Assembly: GCA_029260515.1 (NCBI GenBank)
Contig: JAJDDC010000048.1
Location: 31,671-95,670 of the forward strand
DNA: 64,000 nucleotides
Origin: Phycisphaerales bacterium
GTDB lineage: Bacteria > Planctomycetota > Phycisphaerae > Phycisphaerales > UBA1924
Direction: 5' to 3'
Shown: piece after piece, positions 9,722 to 18,231 of the stretch
How the letters are laid out: every line of letters starts with the position of its first letter
Position numbering within the stretch: position 1 is the stretch's first letter
Program-made: the position numbers and the translations under genes
Notes under the pieces: model-generated
What the model saw: only the letters and a program-made list of their open reading frames with translations
Told to the model about the DNA's origin: nothing
Database searches by the model: none

Positions 9722-10641
9722 TCGTCGCCCCGGTCGCGTATCGCCCGCTGGTAGGCGAACATGATCATCGCGATGGGGATCGCCGCCTTCTCGAACGCCG
9801 AGTCCGCGACCGACTCGAACGTCGCGTGCTCGCCCTCGCGGATCTCCGCGTCGAGTTCAACGATCATGTTGTCCAGCGACGCGAGCAGGCTCCCCCATAT
9901 CTGGTACTCGCCCTCGTTCTGCGGCACGACCCGGTTCACGAATGGCGCGTCCAGGGGTGGGACGACCCGCCACGTCCCGTCGAGTTGCTCGCGCATGATC
10001 AGCCCGATCGGGGGCACCATCGCCCCGTCCCACGTCACCGCGACCTGCTCCTCGTCGATCTCGACAAAGCCCACGCGGTCCCCGCTCTGCTCGATCCACT
10101 TGTACGGGTCGGCCAGCAGGTTCATGATCAGGTCGTTGAACCGCCCGCGCTGCGGGCTGCCCCGCAACGCCTCGAGCCCGCCCTGATCGGGCAGATCGGG
10201 CCCGCGTCCCTGGCGGGCCGCGGCCATACGCTCGAAGAACGTCACCGCCTCGCCGCGCGCCGCCGCCTCCGCGACCGCTTTCTGGTGGCGGGCGACCTCA
10301 TCGGGCATCTCGTCACGGATGGTCGCCGCGAGATCCTGTAGGTCCTCGAGCACCGCGCCCAGCTGCATGTACAGACGCCGTTCGTCCTCGTTGGTGGCCT
10401 CGAGCAGCTCGCCCAAACGCCCCGCCTCGCCCCGCTCGAGCATTTCTCGGGCGCTCTCGACCACGCGCTCTGGCGAGGACATGTCGTACTCGTGCGGGCG
10501 GTTTCGCCACGCGACGAACTCCCAGCCCAGCCCACCCGTGAGCGCGGCGACAAGCACCACGACCACGAGGGCGCCGACGACCGAGCCGCCGGCCTTGGAG
10601 TCGTGCTGCGTCTGAATGGCGTCGTGCGGAGTGTCCTGCAT
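9718..10641 (-). CDS. hypothetical membrane-anchored protein (307 aa), co-transcribed with cinA
   Basis: Start is ATG 10641 (MQDTPHD...). It has one N-terminal TM helix (VVGALVVVVLVAALTGGLGW). Its stop overlaps the cinA start by 4 nt. No family was recognised. Confidence 0.6.
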   Translation of the reverse strand: MQDTPHDAIQTQHDSKAGGSVVGALVVVVLVAALTGGLGWEFVAWRNRPHEYDMSSPERVVESAREMLERGEAGRLGELLEATNEDERRLYMQLGAVLEDLQDLAATIRDEMPDEVARHQKAVAEAAARGEAVTFFERMAAARQGRGPDLPDQGGLEALRGSPQRGRFNDLIMNLLADPYKWIEQSGDRVGFVEIDEEQVAVTWDGAMVPPIGLIMREQLDGTWRVVPPLDAPFVNRVVPQNEGEYQIWGSLLASLDNMIVELDAEIREGEHATFESVADSAFEKAAIPIAMIMFAYQRAIRDRGDD

Positions 10642-10670
10642 TACCCAGACGATACGTCGCCGCGTCCCGC

Positions 10671-11417
10671 TCAGATTCTGGGCGTCACGACACGCTCGCC
10701 CTGGCCCGGCCCGGGCAGGAATATCGTCGCTCCCGCGTCCGGGTCCCGCCCGCCCGTCGCGCAGTCCACGATCACGCGTGCGACGTCCTCGGGCGACAGG
10801 CACGCCTCGGGCGGGCACGCCGTCTCATCGACGATCGCGCGGAGCATGCCAGTCTCCACGGCGCCGGGCGCGACACCGAACGCCAGAAGCCCCCCGCCCT
10901 CGCGCGTCATCGCCAGCGTCGCGAGGTTCAGCGCCGCTTTCGCGGCCCCGTAGGCGCCCAGCCCGGGGAACGGATCCACGCTGGCCATACTCGAGACATT
11001 GACCACACGCCCGGGGATCGCCCTCGTCAGCATGGCCCAGGCAGCTCGAGCCAGCGATATCGGCGCCTCGGTATTCACCGCGATTACGCGGCGCAGCGTG
11101 TCCGCGTCCATCTCGCCGAGCGGGGTCAGCGGCGCATAGCCCGCGTTGTTGATCAGCGCGTCCACGCGCCCAAACTCCCGCGCACACACATCGACCAGCG
11201 CCTCTCGCCCACCCTGCTCGGCAACATCAAGCGTGTGACATATCGCCCGCCCGCCGCCTGTATCGATCATCTCGGCGGTCTCCCGCAGGGGGGCGTCGCG
11301 TCGCCCGCCCAGCACGACCGCCCAGCCCAGGCGCCCGAGCATGACCGCCGTCGCCCGCCCGATCCCGGACCCCGCGCCCGTGACGATCGCCACTCGTACT
11401 CCGCTGGTCCCGTCCAT
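10671..11417 (-). CDS. SDR family oxidoreductase
   Basis: TGAGSGIG Rossmann motif, NNAG, and catalytic S...YGAAK (YxxxK). Confidence 0.9.
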   Translation of the reverse strand: MDGTSGVRVAIVTGAGSGIGRATAVMLGRLGWAVVLGGRRDAPLRETAEMIDTGGGRAICHTLDVAEQGGREALVDVCAREFGRVDALINNAGYAPLTPLGEMDADTLRRVIAVNTEAPISLARAAWAMLTRAIPGRVVNVSSMASVDPFPGLGAYGAAKAALNLATLAMTREGGGLLAFGVAPGAVETGMLRAIVDETACPPEACLSPEDVARVIVDCATGGRDPDAGATIFLPGPGQGERVVTPRI

Positions 11418-11466
11418 GCAGCCCTCCCAGAGCCCACGCCACTCGGCGCCCGGCTAGACTCGCGCT

Positions 11467-13107
11467 ATGACCCCGGCGCGCGTGCTCGTCATCATCCTGC
11501 TGCTCGTGATGCTCGGCGTCCCGTTCGCCCTCAGCCTCGCGCGGCAGGGATCGGCGCCGCCCGCCGACGCCCCCACCCTCATTGTTGTCACCCCCCACGT
11601 CCAGCAGATCCGCGACGAGTTCGCCCGCGCCTTCTCGGCCTGGCACGAGCGGGTACACGGCGAGCCCGTCCACATCGACTGGCGCATCCCGGGCGGGACC
11701 TCCGAGATCCGCAAGCAGCTCGACGCCCAGTTCCACGCCGTCACCGCCAACCTCGACCAGCTCGATGGCTGGGAGATCGACGAGAAGGGAGCTCTCCGCC
11801 TCCCCCCGGGCGCCGTCGGCTACGACCTCATGTTCGGCGGCGGCTCCTACGACCACGGCCAGCTCAAGCGTGGATTCGACGACACCACCACGATCCGAAA
11901 GGGGTCGGACAGCAACTCTACGACTCTCAACCTCGAGTTCCGCGTCTCGATCTCCGCGCCCGCCGGCTTCTCGCAGGCCCAGCTTGACCAGTGGTTCGGC
12001 GAGAACAAGATCGGCCCACAGCAGCTCTACGACCCCGACCAGCACTGGCTCGGCGTCGCGCTGTCCTCGTTCGGCATCGTCTACAACCGCGACCTGCTCA
12101 GCGAACTCGGCCTTGACACCCCCACCTCCTTCGACGACCTGGCACGCCCCGAGCTGCACGCGATGGTCGCCCTGTGCGACCCCAGACAATCCGGGTCCAT
12201 CACCACCACGTTCGATTCCATCCTCGGCAACGATGGATGGGACGAGGGCTGGCGCCTGCTCCGCTCCATGTGCGGCAACGCCTCGTACTTCACCGCCAGC
12301 TCCACGCGCCCGCCCATCGATGTGTCGCAGGGCGAGGCCGCGATCGGATTGGCGATCGACTTCTACGGGCGAGGCCAGGCCCAGACCGTCCCCTCCGGGC
12401 GCGTCGGGTACGCCGAGCCCGAGGCCGCGGTCTACGTGGACGCCGACCCGATCAGCATCCTCAACGGCGCCCCCCACCCGGAGCTGGCCAAGCGATTCGT
12501 CGAGTTCTGCATGACAGAGCAGGGCCAGGCCCTCTGGCAGTTCCCGCCCCTGGATACACCCGCCGGCGCACACAACCCCGTCGGGGCCAACGACCAACCC
12601 CTTGGCCCGCGTCACAACGCCCTTCGGCGCATGCCCGTCCGTCGCCTCATGTACGACAAGCACCTCGCCCACTTCATCGACCAGGCGAATCCTTACGAGT
12701 TCGTCTCGAACATCTCCAACCCCGGCTGGCGGACCGGCGTGCAGGTCATGATGGGCTGCTTCGCGGTTGACATCCCCCAGGAGTGCTCCGCGGCGTGGGG
12801 CGCCATCTGCCGCGCCAGACTCGACCCCGACTACCCCGAGGACGTCCTGGCCAGGATGGAGGCGACGTACCTTGCCTGGCCCGAGACGCCGGTGGACGCG
12901 GACGGCGCGTTCGATGACAAGGACCCGGCCGAGCACATCGCCTGGACCGAGGAAAACTACGGATCGATCCGCGACTCGTGGCGCCCCCAGGGCGCGCTGC
13001 CCCGGGCGAGGATCTACTACACACGCTGGTTCCGCGCGCAGTACCGACGCGTGCTCGACATCTCCGCACACCCCGAGGCGCCCGTCGCCGGAGCCACCAC
13101 CCAGTGA
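11467..13107 (+). CDS. ABC-transporter-type extracellular solute-binding protein (Fe3+/polyamine-like PBP2 fold)
   Basis: N-terminal anchor/signal MTPARVLVIILLLVMLGVPFAL. Overall resemblance to family-1 solute-binding proteins (IVVTPH..., GVALSSFGIVYNRDLL, AIGLAIDFYG). No permease or ATPase gene is adjacent. Confidence 0.6.
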   Translation: MTPARVLVIILLLVMLGVPFALSLARQGSAPPADAPTLIVVTPHVQQIRDEFARAFSAWHERVHGEPVHIDWRIPGGTSEIRKQLDAQFHAVTANLDQLDGWEIDEKGALRLPPGAVGYDLMFGGGSYDHGQLKRGFDDTTTIRKGSDSNSTTLNLEFRVSISAPAGFSQAQLDQWFGENKIGPQQLYDPDQHWLGVALSSFGIVYNRDLLSELGLDTPTSFDDLARPELHAMVALCDPRQSGSITTTFDSILGNDGWDEGWRLLRSMCGNASYFTASSTRPPIDVSQGEAAIGLAIDFYGRGQAQTVPSGRVGYAEPEAAVYVDADPISILNGAPHPELAKRFVEFCMTEQGQALWQFPPLDTPAGAHNPVGANDQPLGPRHNALRRMPVRRLMYDKHLAHFIDQANPYEFVSNISNPGWRTGVQVMMGCFAVDIPQECSAAWGAICRARLDPDYPEDVLARMEATYLAWPETPVDADGAFDDKDPAEHIAWTEENYGSIRDSWRPQGALPRARIYYTRWFRAQYRRVLDISAHPEAPVAGATTQ

Positions 13108-14666
13108 CCGATCCGACCACATCCGATGCCGGCGCCCACCGCCCGGCACGCACCAAGATCCTCGCGACGCTGGGCCCGGCGACAGACGACCCCACGGTCC
13201 TCGCCCGTCTCATCGAGGCCGGCGTCTCGATTTTCCGTCTCAACTTCTCGCACGCGTCGCTCGACGACCACGCCGCCCGCCTGGAACTTGTCCGATCGGT
13301 GACCGCGCTGGCCGGGCGCCCGGTCGCCGTCCTCGGCGACCTCTCGGGCCCCAAAATCCGCGTCGGCGACGTCCCCGACATCCACGAGGGCGGCGGCATA
13401 CTGCTCGAGGCGGGCCAGGACGTCGCCCTCCGCCCGGGGCACGGCCCGGCGAGCATCGAGGGCCCCCGCGTCATCCTCGACACCACGCTCGAACGCATCA
13501 CCCAGGACGTCGAGCCCGGCCAGCGCGTCCTGATCAACGACGGCGCCATCCGCCTGCTCGCCGTGGACCGCGAGCCCGGCCGCGAGCTGCGCTGCCGCGT
13601 GACCATGGGCGGACGCGTGACGACTCGCAAGGGCATCAACCTGCCCGACTCGGACCTGCAAATCCCCGCGATCACCGCCCGCGACTGGGAGTGCGCCGAG
13701 TGGGCCGTCCGGCGCGGCCTGGACTTCCTCGCCCTCTCGTTCGTCCGCGCGCCCGCCGAGATCATCGAGCTCAAGACCAAGCTCTCGGAGCTGTGCTCGG
13801 TCGACCATGCCTGGTCGGACGCCCAGGTGGGCCTGCAGATCCCCGTGATCGCGAAAATCGAGAAGCCGCAGGCGCTGGTCAACCTCCGCGCCATCGTCGA
13901 GGCCTCCGACGCGATCATGGTCGCGCGGGGCGACCTCGGCGTCGAGATGGACGTCGCGCAGGTGCCGGTCGCCCAGAAGCAGATCATCGAGACGTGCCAC
14001 CGCGTCGGGCGCCCCGTCATCGTCGCGACCCAGATGCTCGAGACCATGATCGAGTCGCCAATCCCCACGCGGGCCGAGGCGAGCGACGTCGCCAACGCGG
14101 TGTTCGACGGCGCCGACGCCGTCATGCTCTCGGGAGAGACCGCAGTGGGCAAGCGTCCGGCGCTCGTCGTGGACACGATGCGGCGCATCCTCGAAGCCGC
14201 GGAGGGGCGGATGCGCGACGCCCCGTTCCTGAAGATGCCCGACCCCGAGCTGCCCGAGTTCGCTCACCGCTCGTCCGCGATGGCCCACGGGGCGATCAAC
14301 ATCGCCCGCGAGTCCAAGGCCCGGCTCATCGCCGTCTGGTCGCAGGCGGGCGGGATGGCGGGCTATCTCTCGCGCCTCGACTTCACCGTTCCCATCCTCG
14401 CCTTTACCTCCAGCGCCGTCGCCTCGCGTCGCATGACACTGCTCGGCGGCGTCATACCGGTCCTCACCACCCCGCCCGCCGACGGCTCGCTCCGGGCCTG
14501 GACAGACCAGGTCGAGCAGCACGTCCGCGAGCACGCCCTGGCTTCCGAGGGCGAGTCCGTCGTGCTCGTCGCCGGCAAGCCCCTGGGTTCGGTCACCGCG
14601 CAGGACACCATCTCGATCCTGCGTGTTGGCAACGCCGGTTCGGGGTTCCGGGACGCCGAGGGCTGA
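13104..14666 (+). CDS. pyk: pyruvate kinase
   Basis: TKILATLGPA, FRLNFSHA, GPKIRVG, MVARGDLGVE and ATQMLESM-like ATQMLETM. The in-frame GTG at 13104 overlaps the upstream stop (GTGA). The ORF-track start at 12978 lies inside the preceding gene. Confidence 0.92.
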   Translation: MTDPTTSDAGAHRPARTKILATLGPATDDPTVLARLIEAGVSIFRLNFSHASLDDHAARLELVRSVTALAGRPVAVLGDLSGPKIRVGDVPDIHEGGGILLEAGQDVALRPGHGPASIEGPRVILDTTLERITQDVEPGQRVLINDGAIRLLAVDREPGRELRCRVTMGGRVTTRKGINLPDSDLQIPAITARDWECAEWAVRRGLDFLALSFVRAPAEIIELKTKLSELCSVDHAWSDAQVGLQIPVIAKIEKPQALVNLRAIVEASDAIMVARGDLGVEMDVAQVPVAQKQIIETCHRVGRPVIVATQMLETMIESPIPTRAEASDVANAVFDGADAVMLSGETAVGKRPALVVDTMRRILEAAEGRMRDAPFLKMPDPELPEFAHRSSAMAHGAINIARESKARLIAVWSQAGGMAGYLSRLDFTVPILAFTSSAVASRRMTLLGGVIPVLTTPPADGSLRAWTDQVEQHVREHALASEGESVVLVAGKPLGSVTAQDTISILRVGNAGSGFRDAEG

Positions 14667-14669
14667 GTC

Positions 14670-17600
14670 TCAGCCGCCGAGCCCGCGCGAGGGATCCAGG
14701 TAGTTCGTCCGCCGCCCGCCGCCCAGGGGTGAGATCTGGAACCCGAAGCTCGTCTCGCCCTGGACGTTGTCGTACCGGAGGATCGCACCGAAGATCAGAT
14801 TCGGGAACCGGCGCTCGAACAACGCGCTGAACGTCTGGAACTCGTCGCGTTGGAAGTTGTACGTTCCCCGCAGTTCGGCGTCGTACTTGTCCGTCAGCCG
14901 GTACCGCGCGCTCGCCCCGCCGTACGTCACATTCTGCGAGTTGATGTACCGCACGTCCATCGACGTCGAGAACTCGTCGGTGTGCCGAAGCAGGATCCCG
15001 CCCGCGGTCCGGGCCTGCTGGTTGATCTCGAAGTCGTAGATCGACTCACCTGCCAACGCCACCACGTCCGTCACGTTCCAGACCGCCTCCACCCGCACGT
15101 GCTCGCCAGGCGTGGAGAGCTCGGGTCGTGCGTCGAAGAACCGGGGGATCGCCCCGAGCCGGTCGTCCGTGTCGCTCGTCCACACGTACTCGGCGTTGAG
15201 CTTGAACACGTCCACCGTCCGCCAGCGGCCCGGCCCGCCCCGCTTGGTCTGCCACGTCTGGTCCAGCCCGACCCGGACTGCCGAACCGTCGAGCAGCGGC
15301 TCCACATCGTCGTCGTACACGGGCAGGTTGGCGCTGGCGACGTTCGTCCCCGCGTGCCAAAGGGTCACGCTCGGCTCGATGATGTGCCGCATCCGGTGCA
15401 GGTCGAACAGCTGGCTGTCAACAGAGTCATCCACTCGTGTGATAGACGTCGAGAACGTCACGCCCGCCGCGCCCCACAAGCGGTAGTTCTCGTCCTCGGT
15501 CGGGCTGAATGATGTGAAGTTGTTGTCGTAAGCCGTGAAACGCCCGACCAGGAACGGGCGGACCGACACGGGGCCGAGTTGGAGGGGCGAGGCGATCTCG
15601 TGGCGTGTGTCGAAACGGTTGACGAAGTCCTCGGTCAGCCCGATCCCCCGCTGCGCCATCCCGAGAGACTGGTTCGCGAGCGTCCCGAAGGCGGCCATCG
15701 CCGAGGCGTTGTCCACGAAACCCATCGAGGCGGCCGTCACCTCGCTGAACCGCAGACGCATGTGCGAGTACGTCGCCTCCCACGTGTGCGTCAGCAGCCC
15801 CGGCGCCAGGTCCCCCAGCAGGTCGCCCCCCGCCTGGCGGACACCGATCTCGGGCAGCTTGTCCACCAGGTACCCGGGCGCCTGGATGATGTCCTCGTTG
15901 GAGATGAAGTCCTGGATCGCGCCCTTGAACTCGATCGTCCCCGCGAGGTCGTCGTCCTGCCACTTCAGGCTCAGGCGGTTCGTGAACTCGCGTCGTGTCT
16001 TGGAGGCCTGTTCGTCGAACGAGACCGCGAACGTCTCGTCGGAGAGATACGTCCCCTCGGCGACGAGCGTCCACAACTCGCGGAACCGCCACATCTCCTC
16101 GGCGACGATCGCCCCGCGCACCTCGCCGTCCTGATCAACCTCGCGCCCGCCCCACACCCGATCAACGCCCCGGTCGTCGGGCAGCAGGTACGCGAACAAG
16201 CCGCCCGTGTGCTCGTCGGTCTCCCAATCCATCGTCGTGCCGAGACCGACGCCGCGCTTCACGTAGTAATCGATCTGGACCTCTGCGTCGAGCCCCTTGG
16301 GGCCCCGCTTCCCGATCAGCCCGAAGAGGTCCCAACTCGTCTTGACCGTCGGGCCAGTCCGGTTCGAGCTCGTGAAGCCGACCGAGCGGAGCGGAAACTT
16401 CTCCGGGTCCCCCACGTACACGGGCCACCAGAACAGGGGCAGCCCCCCGCCCATGAGCGTGATATTCCGCGCATCGACATACGCGTACCCCTCGCCCGTC
16501 GCCTCGTCCTCCTCCATCGTCACGCTGACCGAGGTCGTGCCGATCGAGAAGTGCGGGTGGAAGAACGCCGTGTTGCTCACCTCTGCCTGGGTCGCGACGA
16601 ACTGGTCCCGCGCCTCTTGCCGGACGGCCTGGGCCCGCACATACAAAGGCATTCCCGCCTTCTGCGAGTACGTCCAGAACACCGCGTCGAGCATAATCGC
16701 CCTGTCACGCGCCACGTCGTAATACACGCGCGGCCCGCGGACCGTGTACGTCCCGTTGCTCGCCCGGAAGCCACCCTCGAGGTACAGGCCCTCGACGTCC
16801 TCGCCCGTGAAGTTGCCGAGCGTCTCGTCGAGCGGGCCCGGCCGGAGAAAGACCACCGCCCGCTGCGCCTCGAGTTCCAGCGTCCGCCCGGATCCGGGCT
16901 CGGAGTATTGGATCACGACCCCGCCGGTCAGTGTCACCGCGTTGTACGTCTCGCCCCGCTGCACCGAGACGCGGTCGCCCGCCGAGTAGTAGAACACGCC
17001 CTCGCCCGCAAATATCTCGGGCGGGGGCGGCGCCGGCTCGGCACGCAGCACCGCGGCCTCACGCCGTGCCTCGGGCGACAGCGCCTGCTCCTGCGCCGCC
17101 GCCGCGGCGTACGGGTCCATGAGCTCGCGCAGCGTCTCCGGGTCGGCGACATCGCGCGGCGCCCTGGCAATCCGCTCTTCCTCTGGCAGCACGACCGCCG
17201 GCCCGCCGGTGATCTCCACCAGGCGTTGCGCGAACAGCGTTTCGGCGGCCGTGACCAGCGCAGCCGGTTCTCCCGCGTCGGGGCGTGTCTGGCGGGTCAG
17301 GTCGGTCCGTAGCCAGATCGGCTCGTCGAGCGCGATCACGCCCTGGACGGGCAGCCGCTCGGCCCGGATCGACACCGCCGCGTCGCCCTCGAGCGACTCG
17401 AGCCCCTCCAGCAGCGCGTACACCTGGTACACCCGCTCACCCGCGCCCGGCAGGAGTTGCAGCCACACGACCGCGCGCTGCGCGCTGAACGAGTGCCTGC
17501 CCAGCACCGCCCGCACGTTGCCCTCGATCAGGATCCGCCGTGTCCCGGCCGCGCCCGACCCGGGCGGTTCTTCCCAGACCCACGCGCGGCGTCCCTCGAA

Positions 17601-17771
17601 CCCGATCGAGCCAGGGCTGGCGGCCAGGGGCAGGCGGACGCCCTCGAATCCACGCCCGTGAGGACCCGGTGGCGCATCCTGCCCTGACGCGACGGGCGCA
17701 ATGACGACCCCCGCGGCCAGGCCGCACGCAAGCACCAACCCCCGGGTCTTCTCGAAGGGCCTTGACAGCAT
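14670..17771 (-). CDS. large outer-membrane protein, possibly LptD/OstA-like (1033 aa)
   Basis: Start ATG 17771 (MLSRPFEKTRGLVLACGLAAGVVIAPVASGQ, signal peptide). The C-terminal ~600 aa alternate in an aromatic/Gly-rich, beta-barrel-like pattern. The N-terminal part resembles OstA-type beta-jellyroll repeats (GNVRAVLGRHSFSAQRAVVW). The family assignment is tentative. Confidence 0.45.
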   Translation of the reverse strand: MLSRPFEKTRGLVLACGLAAGVVIAPVASGQDAPPGPHGRGFEGVRLPLAASPGSIGFEGRRAWVWEEPPGSGAAGTRRILIEGNVRAVLGRHSFSAQRAVVWLQLLPGAGERVYQVYALLEGLESLEGDAAVSIRAERLPVQGVIALDEPIWLRTDLTRQTRPDAGEPAALVTAAETLFAQRLVEITGGPAVVLPEEERIARAPRDVADPETLRELMDPYAAAAAQEQALSPEARREAAVLRAEPAPPPPEIFAGEGVFYYSAGDRVSVQRGETYNAVTLTGGVVIQYSEPGSGRTLELEAQRAVVFLRPGPLDETLGNFTGEDVEGLYLEGGFRASNGTYTVRGPRVYYDVARDRAIMLDAVFWTYSQKAGMPLYVRAQAVRQEARDQFVATQAEVSNTAFFHPHFSIGTTSVSVTMEEDEATGEGYAYVDARNITLMGGGLPLFWWPVYVGDPEKFPLRSVGFTSSNRTGPTVKTSWDLFGLIGKRGPKGLDAEVQIDYYVKRGVGLGTTMDWETDEHTGGLFAYLLPDDRGVDRVWGGREVDQDGEVRGAIVAEEMWRFRELWTLVAEGTYLSDETFAVSFDEQASKTRREFTNRLSLKWQDDDLAGTIEFKGAIQDFISNEDIIQAPGYLVDKLPEIGVRQAGGDLLGDLAPGLLTHTWEATYSHMRLRFSEVTAASMGFVDNASAMAAFGTLANQSLGMAQRGIGLTEDFVNRFDTRHEIASPLQLGPVSVRPFLVGRFTAYDNNFTSFSPTEDENYRLWGAAGVTFSTSITRVDDSVDSQLFDLHRMRHIIEPSVTLWHAGTNVASANLPVYDDDVEPLLDGSAVRVGLDQTWQTKRGGPGRWRTVDVFKLNAEYVWTSDTDDRLGAIPRFFDARPELSTPGEHVRVEAVWNVTDVVALAGESIYDFEINQQARTAGGILLRHTDEFSTSMDVRYINSQNVTYGGASARYRLTDKYDAELRGTYNFQRDEFQTFSALFERRFPNLIFGAILRYDNVQGETSFGFQISPLGGGRRTNYLDPSRGLGG

Positions 17772-17902
17772 CCTTGCCCCAGTGCCGACACGCCCCAGGC
17801 GGCGGCAAGGGCGGATGCTACGGGCTCTGCTCCCCCCCAACAACCGCCCGAAGTTGCGCGGCAGCACGCCCCGCTTGCCCGGTACGTACCATCGCGGCTC
17901 TT

Positions 17903-17975
17903 GGCCCCGTAGCTCAGCGGTAGAGCAGGCGACTCATAATCGTCTCGGTCGCAGGTTCGAATCCTGCCGGGGCCA
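17903..17975 (+). tRNA. tRNA with CAU anticodon (Met, or Ile2 if lysidine-modified)
   Basis: Cloverleaf: GGCCCCG/CGGGGCC acceptor, GCTC/GAGC D stem, GGCGA-CTCATAA-TCGTC anticodon arm, GCAGG-TTCGAAT-CCTGC T arm. No CCA is encoded. The acceptor and anticodon arms resemble my recollection of E. coli tRNA-Ile2 (ileX). Confidence 0.85.
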
Positions 17976-18231
17976 TTGGGTGGGCCAGCACCGGCCGATC
18001 GTCGCGCCAGGTGGGTGTCCCTGGCCGGGCCCGCGCGCAGTTTTGCCTCCCCGGCATTCCCCGAACAGCCCCCCCTTGCGGCCCCCACTCATCCCTGATA
18101 CACAAGGACTTGTGTGGGGTTGCCGAGCCCGGAGCGCCTCCGGGAACAGATGGATCGTGTCGGCCCCCGTCCCAGGGACCGTTCGTCAAGCGCGGAGCGC
18201 GCGGGCGGGCCAACCGTCGGAGAAGTGTCTC

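Noticed and set aside
14661-14675. Palindrome GGCTGAGTCTCAGCC containing the stop codons of both convergent genes (pyk and the large OM protein).
   Set aside because: The stem is only 6-7 bp with a tiny loop and no T-tract. It is probably a coincidence of two facing TGA codons rather than a terminator.
11227-14830. Long ORFs antisense to or out of frame with the solute-binding-protein and pyk genes (11227..13149 -, 12746..14188 -, 12767..14830 +, 13017..14534 -).
   Set aside because: They are Arg/Pro/Gly/Ala-rich low-complexity translations typical of non-coding frames in very GC-rich DNA. The overlapping frames carry unmistakable Pyk and SBP motifs. The same reasoning applies to 44740..46923 +, 45305..46558 -, 55620..57056 -, 59942..61702 -, 61404..62939 -, 39403..40854 -, 39587..41209 +, 32935..34641 + and 33468..35108 -.
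17701-18231. N-terminal extension of the tail-fibre-like ORF (track start 17701).
   Set aside because: It would read through the tRNA gene at 17903-17975. The ATG at 18232 gives a clean signal peptide and has GGAG upstream.
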